Positions 1 through 8,994 are shown, numbered from the stretch's first letter. The stretch: DNA of 44,805 bases from an uncultured Verrucomicrobiales bacterium (GCA_938091905.1 CALKOM010000137.1:1-44805); one strand, 5' to 3'. The notes: generated by a model from the letters alone, not told the origin. Numbers and translations are program-made.

Positions 1-291
1 GCGCACAGCGAACGCAAGTACGACTACCGACCAAAGAAGCAAAGCGAACGGCCAACCAAAGCAATCAAAGATCCGCGCCTACTGGAGATGAGAGAAAAGC
101 TACGAACCGAAGAAGGCAAAGCGCGGTATGCCAAACGCAACCACACGGTGGAGACAGCCTTTGGAATCATCAAAGCCGTGATGGGATTTCGAGGATTCAT
201 GTTTCGTGGCCTAGAGAAAGTGAGCGGCAAATGGACCCTTGTGTGTTTGAGTCATAATCTGAAGCGCCTGCATCAACTAAAAGCCTCCTAG
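1..291 (+). mobile_element. IS1182-like (DDE) transposase, C-terminal part; 5' end lies outside the window
   Basis: Frame 1 is open from base 1 to the TAG ending at 291. Motif MREKLRTEEGKARYAKR-TVETAFGIIKAVMGFRGF-FRGLEKV-W-LVCL-HNLKRL is typical of the IS1182/DDE_Tnp_1_6 C-terminus. Confidence 0.85.
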
Positions 292-320
292 AAGGCGAGA
301 AGGCGAGAAGGCGAGAAGGA
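290..320. repeat. 8-bp tandem repeat (AGAAGGCG, three full copies plus a partial one) directly after the transposase stop
   Basis: Seen directly: agaaggcg agaaggcg agaaggcg agaagga. Confidence 0.8.
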
Positions 321-462
321 GGGGAATGGACTTCCGACTCCAGACCATGAAGGCAGAAACAAGGCAGATCTAGAGGGCAACCTACCCCAATCAACTGAAT
401 TTGGAAGAGGCCGAAGAATAGCCCAAATCTAACGCAATCTCATGGCTTGACTGGTTTTAAGG

Positions 463-480
463 AAGTCCGACAGACTCCTG
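463..480. mobile_element. Probable right terminal inverted repeat of the IS (AAGTCCGACAGACTCCTG)
   Basis: Lies about 170 bp after the transposase stop and resembles the GTCCGACAGxCTCCT ends recalled for IS1182-like elements. The left end is not in the window, so pairing cannot be confirmed. Confidence 0.45.
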
Positions 481-606
481 GGAGTGTTCCAGTGTCTAAG
501 AATCTGAAGAATGCAGATCTTTAGCTAAGGTGAATTCTTAACCTTGCACTTATGGGTTTTACATTTATTTATTAAAAAATGGATTTAGCATCCGAGGATC
601 ATTTTC

Positions 607-1074
607 ATGGCAATTGTAGCGCGAAGTAGTCGGGTTTCTCGCACCGTTCGAGCGGCTCTGAGAGGAGCGGTCGAGGCGGTCGAGACAGCTGCATCTGGCC
701 GAAAGTCTCTTTTCCCAAAGAGGAACATCTATAGTTGCCGCTTGGAACAGGCGCAAGAAATCGCCGCGGTCGCTGTGTGCGACCTGGTGGCTCAGCTCCC
801 TGCGGATGCCTTGTCCAATGAGTCTCCTGGTGAGCACACCCTTGTTCAAGTCATTCCAGTGATGACTGTCAGAGAAACGAGCGGTCCAGTTTGCTTCAGT
901 ATCGCAGCGATTAAACACGAGTGCCCGCAACTCTTTCGCCAGGGCTATCGAGTCGATCCAGAAGCGGTGATTCAGATTCCTTTAGAGCAAGTGTTTCTTG
1001 GCTATCCACGTCGACCTCAGCCCTTCACAATGCCTACTGAACCGACTTTCAGCACTGCCACTCCCCTTACATGA
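607..1074 (+). CDS. Hypothetical protein; carries one copy of a domain shared with the N-terminal part of the downstream SPF-repeat protein
   Basis: 155-aa ORF whose stop overlaps the next start (ATGA at 1071-1074). Similar hydrophobic/Pro pattern to roughly aa 88-176 of the next ORF. Confidence 0.6.
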   Translation: MAIVARSSRVSRTVRAALRGAVEAVETAASGRKSLFPKRNIYSCRLEQAQEIAAVAVCDLVAQLPADALSNESPGEHTLVQVIPVMTVRETSGPVCFSIAAIKHECPQLFRQGYRVDPEAVIQIPLEQVFLGYPRRPQPFTMPTEPTFSTATPLT

Positions 1075-3485
1075 ATCTCTCTCAACCATCTGGAAATGGC
1101 TCCTCGCGGGTGCCTGGTGTCCGCCCGTTGACCGGACCTGAGGCCAACTCAGGAAATGGGGCCTCTTACACAGAGGATGAGGCTCCGACCGTCAAAGCCT
1201 ACCCATCGGCGAACCAGATGCCTGCTCCCCGTGCGGATCGTCCGTCGCTGCCGCCTCCAGCTAATCAATCGTCAGGAGTTGCGTTGCCTTCCGCTGACAA
1301 CATTTCGGGTCAGTGGGGAGAAAGGGCAGCAGACTCTTTCGCTTTCAATCTGCGTGAGCTCCTTGAAGGGATACCGATTGCGAAGCTGGGCTTTGATGCC
1401 CAGCGAATTCCGGCGAATGTGACGGCAAGTCTGCCGATTGCGCTGTTGGAGTCTCAGTTGGCTTCTGGCCAGGTGAACGTTTCTCTCGGCGATGTTATCG
1501 CTGGATGCCTTGAGAAATACCGACCAGCCTTTGCGAAGGCGGATCCTCAACAAGGGATCCAGCTACCGATTCAAGAACTCCAAAACAAACTGCCACTGAA
1601 GACTGCAATGCCTCCTCAAGAATCCCCATTTCAACCGGCTGACCAACAAGTGCCAAACGCTGAGAACCCTTTCCAGGCGGCGCCGGCAGCACCTGACGCC
1701 GGGGCATCTCCTTTTGCTGCAGCTCAGCCACCAGCGGCTGCGGACTCGCCTTTTCAGGCACAACAGAGCCCATTCGGCCAAACAGCGGAGGCTGCTGCAG
1801 TAGACCGACAGGCTCAACCTTCTGTCCAGGCTTCGCCTTTCGGTCAGCCTGTAGCTAACGAGGCCTCTCCTTTCGCGGCCCCGGCGCAAGAGAGTCCCTT
1901 TGCACAGCAGCAAGCTCCCCCAGCAGCACAAGGATCACCAGTAGTGTCTCCCTTTGCGGAGGCCCCTGCAGCTAGCCCATTTGGATCGCCGACCCAAGAG
2001 CAGGGCAACGGAGCGGAATCGCCTTTCGGCGCCTCACCTGCTCCGGCAGTGTCTCCGTTCGGAGCTGCAAGCGATCCGCCTGCGGCGTCTCCCTTTACTC
2101 CTGCAGCTATACCCACTCCAGGGGAAAAGCCCTCGGCGACATCGCCTTTCGGCGCAGCACCAGAAGCACCTGCGAGCCCCGAGCACCCTGTCGCCTCTCC
2201 CTTTGGTGCGCCTCCCGCAGTGGAGTCTGCACCGGCTGCGTCTCCTTTCGGAGCCGCCCCCAAACAACCCGCCGCCTCGCCCTTTGGTGCGCCTCCTACC
2301 GCTGAAGCTGCGCCTGCAGCGTCTCCCTTCGGAGCACCTTCCGAAGCTAGGCCTGCAGCGTCTCCCTTCGGAGCACCTTCTGAAGCTAGGCCTGCAGCGT
2401 CTCCCTTCGGCGCAGCTCCTGCAGCGGAGTCAGCTCCAGCAGCGTCGCCATTTGGGGCACTCGCCGAAGCCGCCCCCGCACTAGCAGCATCGCCATTCGG
2501 AGCGCCGCCTGCAGAAGTGGTAATTGCTCCAGCAGCAGACGCTTCTGCTGCGTCGCCGTTTGTAGCTCCTCCAGCAGCAGCTGAGTCCCCAAAGACTCAG
2601 GCGCCTGCAGCATCTCCATTTGGAGCTACTCCCGAGGCCAATGGCTCTGCCTTTGCCACCCCGGTAAGGGAAGCGTCGCCATTCGGAGCATCACCAGCGA
2701 AGGCTGCCCCCGCAGCAGCGTCGCCATTCGGAACGCCGCGTGCAGAAGCAATACCTGCTCCTGCAGCAGAGTCGCCATTCGGAGCGCCTCCAACAAAAGC
2801 GGTATCGCCTTTCCAATCGGAGCTCGCTGCTTCTGCGAATGGCCCTGCCTCGTCCTTCGGAGCTCTGCCTGCTGAAGCCGCCGCACTTGCGCCTGCGCCA
2901 GCAGACCCTCCTTTCGGCTTGCCTAATTCCGCTGCGCAAGCTGCTCCGGCAGCTGAACTCGCTGCTCCACCTGCAGCGGCTCCAGGGCTTACAGCGGCGA
3001 TCCCTGCCGCAGTCGATCCAGCCGCCGCCGCCTTGGCCACGCAACCGGCTTCGCCAACACCTGGCATTGAGTTTGGGTTTGAGGCGGATCCCAAGCAGCT
3101 CGTTCTTCGCGCGCTGTTTGGAGTGGAAACGGCCCTGAGTGCTGAGGATGTGCTCGGGCGTCTAACGAATATTGATGGTCTTGAAGCTTGTGTGCTGATC
3201 GAGAAGCAGTCGGGTAACACCCGTGCAACCAGCGGCAAGGATGCTGCTCGGACCTCCAGCTTTGAAGCTCAGGCGAAGCAAGCCTATCAAAAGGTTATTA
3301 GCTTGGCCGATGATCTTTCGGTCACGGATGCTGAGTCCTTCACCCTTCGGACGACGCATGGGGCAATGAGCTTCTTCAATGCGTCGGCTGCTTGTCTAGC
3401 AGTGTTGCAGCAAGATGCTCATTTCGAAGCGGGTGTCCGCGAACGCCTCACCCTAGTAACTCGGGAACTGTCCGAAATGCTCTAG
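1071..3485 (+). CDS. Pro/Ala-rich SPF(G)-repeat protein with C-terminal Roadblock/LAMTOR2 (MglB-like) domain
   Basis: 804 aa with about 27 SPF motifs in a low-complexity central region. The last ~120 aa (DVLGRLTNIDGLEACVLI...LADDL...ESFTLRT...MSFF...CLAVL...ERLTLVTREL) fit a Roadblock fold. Directly upstream of mglA. Confidence 0.75.
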   Translation: MNLSQPSGNGSSRVPGVRPLTGPEANSGNGASYTEDEAPTVKAYPSANQMPAPRADRPSLPPPANQSSGVALPSADNISGQWGERAADSFAFNLRELLEGIPIAKLGFDAQRIPANVTASLPIALLESQLASGQVNVSLGDVIAGCLEKYRPAFAKADPQQGIQLPIQELQNKLPLKTAMPPQESPFQPADQQVPNAENPFQAAPAAPDAGASPFAAAQPPAAADSPFQAQQSPFGQTAEAAAVDRQAQPSVQASPFGQPVANEASPFAAPAQESPFAQQQAPPAAQGSPVVSPFAEAPAASPFGSPTQEQGNGAESPFGASPAPAVSPFGAASDPPAASPFTPAAIPTPGEKPSATSPFGAAPEAPASPEHPVASPFGAPPAVESAPAASPFGAAPKQPAASPFGAPPTAEAAPAASPFGAPSEARPAASPFGAPSEARPAASPFGAAPAAESAPAASPFGALAEAAPALAASPFGAPPAEVVIAPAADASAASPFVAPPAAAESPKTQAPAASPFGATPEANGSAFATPVREASPFGASPAKAAPAAASPFGTPRAEAIPAPAAESPFGAPPTKAVSPFQSELAASANGPASSFGALPAEAAALAPAPADPPFGLPNSAAQAAPAAELAAPPAAAPGLTAAIPAAVDPAAAALATQPASPTPGIEFGFEADPKQLVLRALFGVETALSAEDVLGRLTNIDGLEACVLIEKQSGNTRATSGKDAARTSSFEAQAKQAYQKVISLADDLSVTDAESFTLRTTHGAMSFFNASAACLAVLQQDAHFEAGVRERLTLVTRELSEML
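2304..2410 (+). repeat. 39-bp in-frame tandem repeat (about 2.7 near-identical copies; EARPAASPFGAPS)
   Basis: Copies start at 2304, 2343 and 2382: gaagct(a/g)(g/c)gcctgcagcgtctcccttcgg. Confidence 0.85.
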
Positions 3486-3535
3486 CGTTGATCTGGGGAT
3501 CTCATTTCCCGACTCGCCAAACGCATCCCAGGCCC

Positions 3536-4189
3536 ATGCCAACCGTCAATGAAGAGACTTTGGAGGTCCAGTTTAAGCTGGTCTTCTCAGGTCCAGCATT
3601 GTCCGGCAAGACTAGCAATGTAGCGGCAGTGCACGCTGCCCTGGATGAAAAGCAACGGGGAGATCTGATCTCGCTGAACACCTCTTCGGATCGGACTCTC
3701 TTCTTCGATTACTTGCCGGTGAATCCGGTTCTGATCGAAGGCTATCAAACTAAGTTTCTTCTCTACACCGTTCCAGGACAAGTGGTCTACAACGCCACGC
3801 GCGAACTGGTGCTGCGCGGTGTAGACGGTCTTGTATTCGTTGCAGATTCGGATCCGGATCGATGGGATGCCAACATGGAGGCTTGGCAGAATCTTCTCCA
3901 AACATTGCAGAACAACGGGAGGGACCTTTCTGAGATTCCGCTCGTGTTTCAATATAATAAACGAGACCTGACCAATGCAGTGCCTCTCGCCGAACTGGAA
4001 AAACAGCTCAACCCTCATGGATTCCCAGCTTTCGAAGCCGCTGCGCCTGCGGGTAAAGGAGTCTTGGAGACGCTCGAAGTCCTTTCCTCTGAGGTGCTTC
4101 GTCGGTTCCATCTTCGCCGTGAAGAAGAGGCTCGCGAGGTCTCTACCCGGCATGGTCAACCAATCACGGAGGCTAGTGCTTCTTGGTAA
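3536..4189 (+). CDS. mglA: MglA-family small Ras-like GTPase
   Basis: Start placed at ATG 3536 (MPTVNEETLEVQFKLVF). Motifs GPALSGKTSN (P-loop), DRTLFFD (intrinsic Arg finger), YTVPGQ, GVDGLVFVADS and NKRDL closely match Myxococcus/Thermus MglA. Confidence 0.93.
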   Translation: MPTVNEETLEVQFKLVFSGPALSGKTSNVAAVHAALDEKQRGDLISLNTSSDRTLFFDYLPVNPVLIEGYQTKFLLYTVPGQVVYNATRELVLRGVDGLVFVADSDPDRWDANMEAWQNLLQTLQNNGRDLSEIPLVFQYNKRDLTNAVPLAELEKQLNPHGFPAFEAAAPAGKGVLETLEVLSSEVLRRFHLRREEEAREVSTRHGQPITEASASW

Positions 4190-4204
4190 CCCAGCTTTGA
4201 ATCC

Positions 4205-4669
4205 ATGAATGCTAGCGCTCAAGCCTTCGCCAAAGACGCCTCCCTCCAACCCCGTGCCCTGGATACAGGGCGGATACGTGAAATCCAAGAGGGGCTTGGC
4301 TCTTACGCACGGCTCTCAGGAGCTCAGGAAGCCGCGTTGCTCGACCCTACGGGTGCCGTACTCGTGCGTTGGGAAGGCTCCGAGCGATCGGCGGAACTCG
4401 ATGCCCTTGGCGTTCTCGCTATGGCCTCCTTTAGTGCGACGCAGGCGCTTGCCCAGCAGCTCGGAGACACGACCTTTGGGGGTATTTGTCACCAGGGAAG
4501 ACAGCGCTGCCTCTACTTGGCCCCACTTCTCCGTGGCTACATGTTGCTCACGCTTCATCCCACCAACGCCCGAATCCGAGACATGCGCCAATCTCTTGTC
4601 CGGATCGTGCCTCGGCTCAATCAGCAGCTCGCCCAGCCCAGCCAAGAGGCGAGTTCCACGCCGGCCTAG
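4205..4669 (+). CDS. mglB: Roadblock/LC7-domain protein, MglB-like GAP candidate
   Basis: 154 aa directly after mglA. Pattern AALLDPTGAVL...LDALGVLAMASFSATQALAQQLGDTTF...HQG...LYL matches MglB-type Roadblock proteins. Confidence 0.8.
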   Translation: MNASAQAFAKDASLQPRALDTGRIREIQEGLGSYARLSGAQEAALLDPTGAVLVRWEGSERSAELDALGVLAMASFSATQALAQQLGDTTFGGICHQGRQRCLYLAPLLRGYMLLTLHPTNARIRDMRQSLVRIVPRLNQQLAQPSQEASSTPA

Positions 4670-4787
4670 GATTCTCAAATTTGACTCGCAGTTTTTATAT
4701 TTGCACTTCTCGCCCCGTTCACCGATAACATCAGGAACGTTTTTGGACCGAGAGGCCCAGGCCACACTCCCCTCGAAATTCTCATTT

Positions 4788-5492
4788 ATGTTAGACCTCA
4801 TCTTCAGCGGCGGCCGTCTTGTCTGGTTACTCGTTGGGTGTAGTATTGTTAGCTTTGCCATCTTCCTAGAGCGTTATCTGTATTTCCATCGTGCCACGAT
4901 TAATGTGCCTCAACTCTTGGAGGGGCTGGCCAATCTCATTCGCAGGCGAAACTTTGCCGAGGCCATGCACCAGTGCGCCCTCGCTCCGGGCCCGGTTCCT
5001 CGGGTCATGCGCTCGGCGCTGATGCGGCACGATTACTCTCGAGAATACTTGCGGGACATTGTCCAAGAAGCCGGCCAAATGGAAGTGCCGAGGGTCGAAC
5101 GATCCTTGCGCGTGCTGCTCACGATTGCGTATGTGGCACCGTTGATTGGCTTGCTCGGTACTCTGCTAGGCCTCCTAGATACCTTTGGCCATGTTAACGG
5201 AGGTGTGGGTGCGGCCACCTCTCTTTCCCTGGCCGATGGCGTCTATCGCAGCCTCGTGACCTCGGCTTCCGGTCTGATCGTCGCGATCCCAAGTTATGTG
5301 CTCTACGCCTTCCTGGTATCCCAAGCGAAGGGTCTCCTTCACGACATCGAGCGGGGCGGAATCGAGATCATCAACTTGATCGAGGATAGCCGTCAAGAGA
5401 GGGAGATCATTTCGATCACCGATGGTGACAAACTCAAGGTGGCCGCCGAATCAAAAGAAGACCGTCGCGATAAGAAGCGTCGTCGTTCTTGA
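4788..5492 (+). CDS. exbB: MotA/TolQ/ExbB proton-channel family protein
   Basis: Start at ATG 4788 (MLDLIFSGG...). TM motifs APLIGLLGTLLGL-DTF and LADGVYRSLVTSASGLIVAIP. Confidence 0.88.
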   Translation: MLDLIFSGGRLVWLLVGCSIVSFAIFLERYLYFHRATINVPQLLEGLANLIRRRNFAEAMHQCALAPGPVPRVMRSALMRHDYSREYLRDIVQEAGQMEVPRVERSLRVLLTIAYVAPLIGLLGTLLGLLDTFGHVNGGVGAATSLSLADGVYRSLVTSASGLIVAIPSYVLYAFLVSQAKGLLHDIERGGIEIINLIEDSRQEREIISITDGDKLKVAAESKEDRRDKKRRRS

Positions 5493-5535
5493 AACTTGAT
5501 CCTATCGCGGTCACACTCAAGGCACCGTCGGTAGC

Positions 5536-5958
5536 ATGAAGTTAGAGTCCTCGTTAGATCGCACGCCTGCGCTTCTCCATCTCGCTCCTCTCTTGGATGT
5601 CATGGCGCTGATGGTTGTCTTCTATTTGTTGGGAAGTACGTTCATTCACCACAGTGGACTTAACATTGAACCGGCAGTCTCAGATTCTCAATTGCCACCG
5701 CTAGGAACTTCACATGTCGCTTTGCTCACGGCTGGGGATCCTCCGCAGGTCGTCTTTGACCGGGCGCCGATGTCTTTCCAAGCGCTTATGAGACGCCTTG
5801 AACTGAAGGAGCGCCCAGAGGATGCGCAAGGCTCGATCTACTTCATGTTCGATCAACGCCTACCCAGTGGCACAACATTGGAAGTGCTCAACGCAGCGCT
5901 AATGAGTAAGTACAAGGTGTATTATGGCTCAGTGGCACCGCCTGCACCCGCTCCCTAG
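5536..5958 (+). CDS. exbD: ExbD/TolR family protein
   Basis: Single TM segment with conserved Asp (LAPLLDVMALMVVFYLL); follows the exbB homologue. Confidence 0.82.
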   Translation: MKLESSLDRTPALLHLAPLLDVMALMVVFYLLGSTFIHHSGLNIEPAVSDSQLPPLGTSHVALLTAGDPPQVVFDRAPMSFQALMRRLELKERPEDAQGSIYFMFDQRLPSGTTLEVLNAALMSKYKVYYGSVAPPAPAP

Positions 5959-5959
5959 T

Positions 5960-6742
5960 ATGGAGAAGACTAACGAAAGCCTGTTTGAATGGAAAGCGCC
6001 GTCTTCACAATTTTGGCAGCGGCTCGCAATGGCGTCGATCACTTCGTTGACTATTCACGTTCTCTGTTTCTACCTCTTTCAAGTGCAGGAACCGAAAGCT
6101 CGCCGAACCTTACCTCAAACCTTGTCTGCGGTTGCCCTGACGCTGGATCAACCTGCGGCCCGCACGATCTTGGGGCAATTAGAAGACTACCACTCGGCTT
6201 ACTCTGGCACCTTGCTTGCGGGCAGCACGTTGGAAATGCCTTTTCCCAGTCTCGACTACGAATCTACCTATCAAACTGCTAGTGTGCAACTGATGCCGTT
6301 GCCAAAGCCAGAATCGTTTCGTCCGGCAGCTCGCGATGTGCTTGCGGTTAGTCCGCTCATGCTTCCAAAGATTCCCGCATGGACCCCACCGGAAGGCTCC
6401 GTGGAACAGGCTCAAGAGCCCAGTGGTTTCTTGAAATTGGCCGAAGGCCTGACTCTAAAGCTACCCGCGGTATGGCAAGGTCGTGCGGAGCCGCGTGAGG
6501 GGAGCGATGTGGATTGGGCCGCTCTTCGGGGCGCCTTGATTGCAGAAAGCGGCCGCTCTCTTTGGCGCATTGCCATCGATTCGACCGGAGCCGTCAGTAA
6601 AATCTTTCCCTTGTCGGAACCTCCTCGTCAGGAGGTTAAAGCCGCCGTCAAGACCCTGACGTTCTCACCACCTCAGGGCAATGAAACCCACTGGTTCAAA
6701 GTGGAAGTTCTGTGGGGGGAAAGTGATGTTGCTGAGCCATGA
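5960..6742 (+). CDS. Membrane-anchored protein, possibly a TonB/TolA-like energy transducer
   Basis: N-terminal TM with S-x3-H motif (ITSLTIHVLCFYLF), Pro-rich linker, and a C-terminal region (WRIAIDSTGAVSKI...AVKTLTFSP) reminiscent of TonB_C. Third gene after exbB-exbD. Confidence 0.55.
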   Translation: MEKTNESLFEWKAPSSQFWQRLAMASITSLTIHVLCFYLFQVQEPKARRTLPQTLSAVALTLDQPAARTILGQLEDYHSAYSGTLLAGSTLEMPFPSLDYESTYQTASVQLMPLPKPESFRPAARDVLAVSPLMLPKIPAWTPPEGSVEQAQEPSGFLKLAEGLTLKLPAVWQGRAEPREGSDVDWAALRGALIAESGRSLWRIAIDSTGAVSKIFPLSEPPRQEVKAAVKTLTFSPPQGNETHWFKVEVLWGESDVAEP

Positions 6743-6978
6743 TACGTGTGCCCATCAGCGAATTTCTGGAGATCTATCTGGGAGCCGTCCTTCTCTGGAC
6801 CTTCGTTGTCTGGTTGGCTGCCAATTGGTTAAAGCGCCGCCGGGAAATTCGTGCCCGTCGGCTGGTCATCGAATGTAGCATCTGCGGGCACGCCTTTCGC
6901 GACCCCGCGCAGAACCCACTCACGCGCTGCCCGTCCTGTGGTCGGCTCAACGAACGGCCCGCCTATTCTGGGCTTTGA
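6739..6978 (+). CDS. Small membrane protein with C-terminal Zn-ribbon
   Basis: 79 aa: TM helix, basic patch, then CSIC-x13-CPSC. Overlaps the upstream stop (ATGA). Confidence 0.7.
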   Translation: MIRVPISEFLEIYLGAVLLWTFVVWLAANWLKRRREIRARRLVIECSICGHAFRDPAQNPLTRCPSCGRLNERPAYSGL

Positions 6979-7037
6979 GTTTCCGATTCCTTTTCACTTG
7001 CCAAAGTCTAGGGCCAGTGGAAGTCTGATTTGGAAAT

Positions 7038-7112
7038 GCGGGTGTAGCTCAGGGGTAGAGCGCAACCTTGCCAAGGTTGAAGTCGGGCGTTCGAATCGCC
7101 TCACCCGCTCCA
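7038..7112 (+). tRNA. tRNA-Gly (GCC)
   Basis: Acceptor stem GCGGGTG/CACCCGC, D-arm TAGCTCAGGGGTAGAGC, anticodon arm CAACC-TTGCCAA-GGTTG, T-loop GTTCGAATC, encoded CCA end. Confidence 0.97.
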
Positions 7113-7120
7113 TCATTTTC

Positions 7121-7153
7121 AGGGGGTTACGAGAAATCGTAACCCCTTTCTTA
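7121..7153 (+). terminator. Rho-independent terminator after tRNA-Gly
   Basis: Hairpin GGGGTTACGA-GAAA-TCGTAACCCC followed by TTTCTT. Confidence 0.8.
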
Positions 7154-7877
7154 TGTTCGCGATCTGCCTGATTGTCGTGGCCCATGACCTTCTCGAAACC
7201 TTCCTTTCTCAAAGGTGGATGTGCTTGATCTCTCTCCATGCCTCCACTGCGTTCTCGGACGGACAAAAGTTCGCAGAAATACTTTTGGAGGCAGGAGGGA
7301 ATCTTCAAGAAGCCCTCAAGCTTCTTGAGCGGGTTGAAAGTGCTCAACTGGTAAAAAGATACACTTTGAAAGTATACGGTATCCCTACCACCTTTAAACC
7401 ACTAGTGACAACCTTCACACCAGTGCTCGATGGTGGCCTTTATGGGACTGGGTCATAGAGCTGTGCTTTTTGCTTGCAAGATGATTACGGGGATTATCCT
7501 ATTCGCAATTCTCGTTGAGTTTAGCAGTAGCCCACGAACGGTTTCTGTCGCCGAAATGGTAAGCCTCACACTGGCATAAGCCTCTAACGATAGAACGGAA
7601 TTCTTTAAACCCTTCATGGATTCCTCATGCAAAGGGCATGAAAGCAAACTCATCCTGATCATCCTAGCGAGTGGGATGGCTGAGAATTATGAGACCCGCC
7701 TTCACCACGTATCGGGCTCAATCCGTAGGCTTGACTATCACTATCTATCTAGAAAAAGGGTGTCACTTTCGAATCGACCTTGAGAAACATGGCAGTTCTT
7801 GGTCCATCGATCGGATTTGGTTCTGCAGATGAGTTCTGTTTCCGCAATTTCGGCTATCGTATGGAGAGTTTATGCCA

Positions 7878-8309
7878 TCACTGCACCTTGATTTTGCGTA
7901 ACGCCTCGGTCGATCCATCTGGGTTCAAATACACAACGGAATAGGTTCCCAGAGGGTATGCGGAGATGTTGATACTTCCACAAGTCGATCCCTTGCCTTT
8001 TTCGGCAATACTGGTGTCAAGAGACAGACTGATGATGTCGTCAACGCGCACGCACATCAGCTTTCGAACGACCATTCCTGAATTCACAGAAATCGGCCTC
8101 TTCGTGATCTCTTTGAGCCCAGTGTCGTCACAAGAAACAACGAGCTTCTTCTTTTCGAGGCCTACCTTCATACCTTCCACGGATTGGAGGAAGTTCCGAT
8201 CGCGGTGTTTCGGGGTCAAGAATCCGAACGGTCCAGCATGACAGGTAGAAACGATCGTTGAGATGAGAGCTAGTGATGGTATGAGCGATTTCATCTTATC
8301 GACGTGCAC
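7878..8309 (-). CDS. Hypothetical exported protein
   Basis: 143-aa ORF with a signal-peptide-like N-terminus (MKSLIPSLALISTIVSTCHA) and a beta-rich mature part. Confidence 0.55.
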   Translation of the reverse strand: MHVDKMKSLIPSLALISTIVSTCHAGPFGFLTPKHRDRNFLQSVEGMKVGLEKKKLVVSCDDTGLKEITKRPISVNSGMVVRKLMCVRVDDIISLSLDTSIAEKGKGSTCGSINISAYPLGTYSVVYLNPDGSTEALRKIKVQ

Positions 8310-8772
8310 TTTTCAACAGTAGAGCCGCTCCGGCCAACAATGCAAAAGTGGCGTCATAGGGTCTTTCTCATCGATCTAGTAACTGATAATGGACCCGAAG
8401 ATTGTTTAGACATCCTTATGGAATATTTGCCGATGACGAGGGTATCCCGGGTAGCGTCGACGAAATCGGGGCGACTGGATCCAGGCCATTGATCTTTATC
8501 AGGTGGCCTATCTGAGCGAGCGCACGCTCGATTGTGCGGTAGTTGCCGTTGGTCACACGGGATGACTACCGAGATAATTTGTTCGTTAAGAGGCGGCAGC
8601 CCCAGAAACCTTGGGCGTTCAGCCGTTCTCACCTCAAACCTAAGTGGATTCGGGTACTGCTCAGAGAGGGTGATTCCTGCGCGAGTCTTACTCTTTAATC
8701 TTTTCCCTTTCATGATAGCGTACTTTAAAAAAGAAGGTGAGTGTACGGCACCAACAGCTAGTATCATACCAT

Positions 8773-8994
8773 ATGAGCACCAACTCAACTCCAGTCCCAA
8801 AACCAGGGGAGAAGTTTCCCAACGGGATCACTGTGCGAAGTGTCAACGAGGGCACCATCCACTACACAAAAGAAGGCTCAGGACAAACCTGGGAGGTTCC
8901 TCTCGCCCTATGGGATGTCATCTCAGCTGAGCAGGAAGTGCAGAACCAGTGGCCTAGTGTGCTGCAAGTGAAGGCTTCACACGCAGCAAGGTAG
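8773..8994 (+). CDS. Small hypothetical protein
   Basis: 73-aa ORF from ATG 8773, followed by an inverted repeat at 9023-9058. No recognisable family. Confidence 0.35.
   Translation: MSTNSTPVPKPGEKFPNGITVRSVNEGTIHYTKEGSGQTWEVPLALWDVISAEQEVQNQWPSVLQVKASHAAR

Noticed and set aside
1156..3359. Many overlapping alternative-frame and antisense ORFs within the SPF-repeat gene (also within yhaN-like, prmA, the MBG adhesin and wzc)
   Set aside because: Shadow ORFs expected from GC-rich, repetitive coding sequence; no independent motifs.
3392..3535. N-terminal extension of MglA in the ORF track
   Set aside because: It overlaps the end of the upstream gene; MglA similarity starts at ATG 3536.
4209..4787. 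N-terminal extension of the 427-aa ExbB ORF in the ORF track
   Set aside because: It overlaps the mglB-like gene in another frame; ExbB similarity begins at ATG 4788.
7153..7458. Possible integrase remnant right after tRNA-Gly
   Set aside because: The position is suggestive, but no R-H-R-Y catalytic motifs or other recognisable recombinase features are visible.
8304..8930. Overlapping ORFs on both strands (8354-8800 minus, 8532-8930 plus, 8304-8492 plus)
   Set aside because: No recognisable motifs, and they conflict with each other; none can be supported as a real gene.
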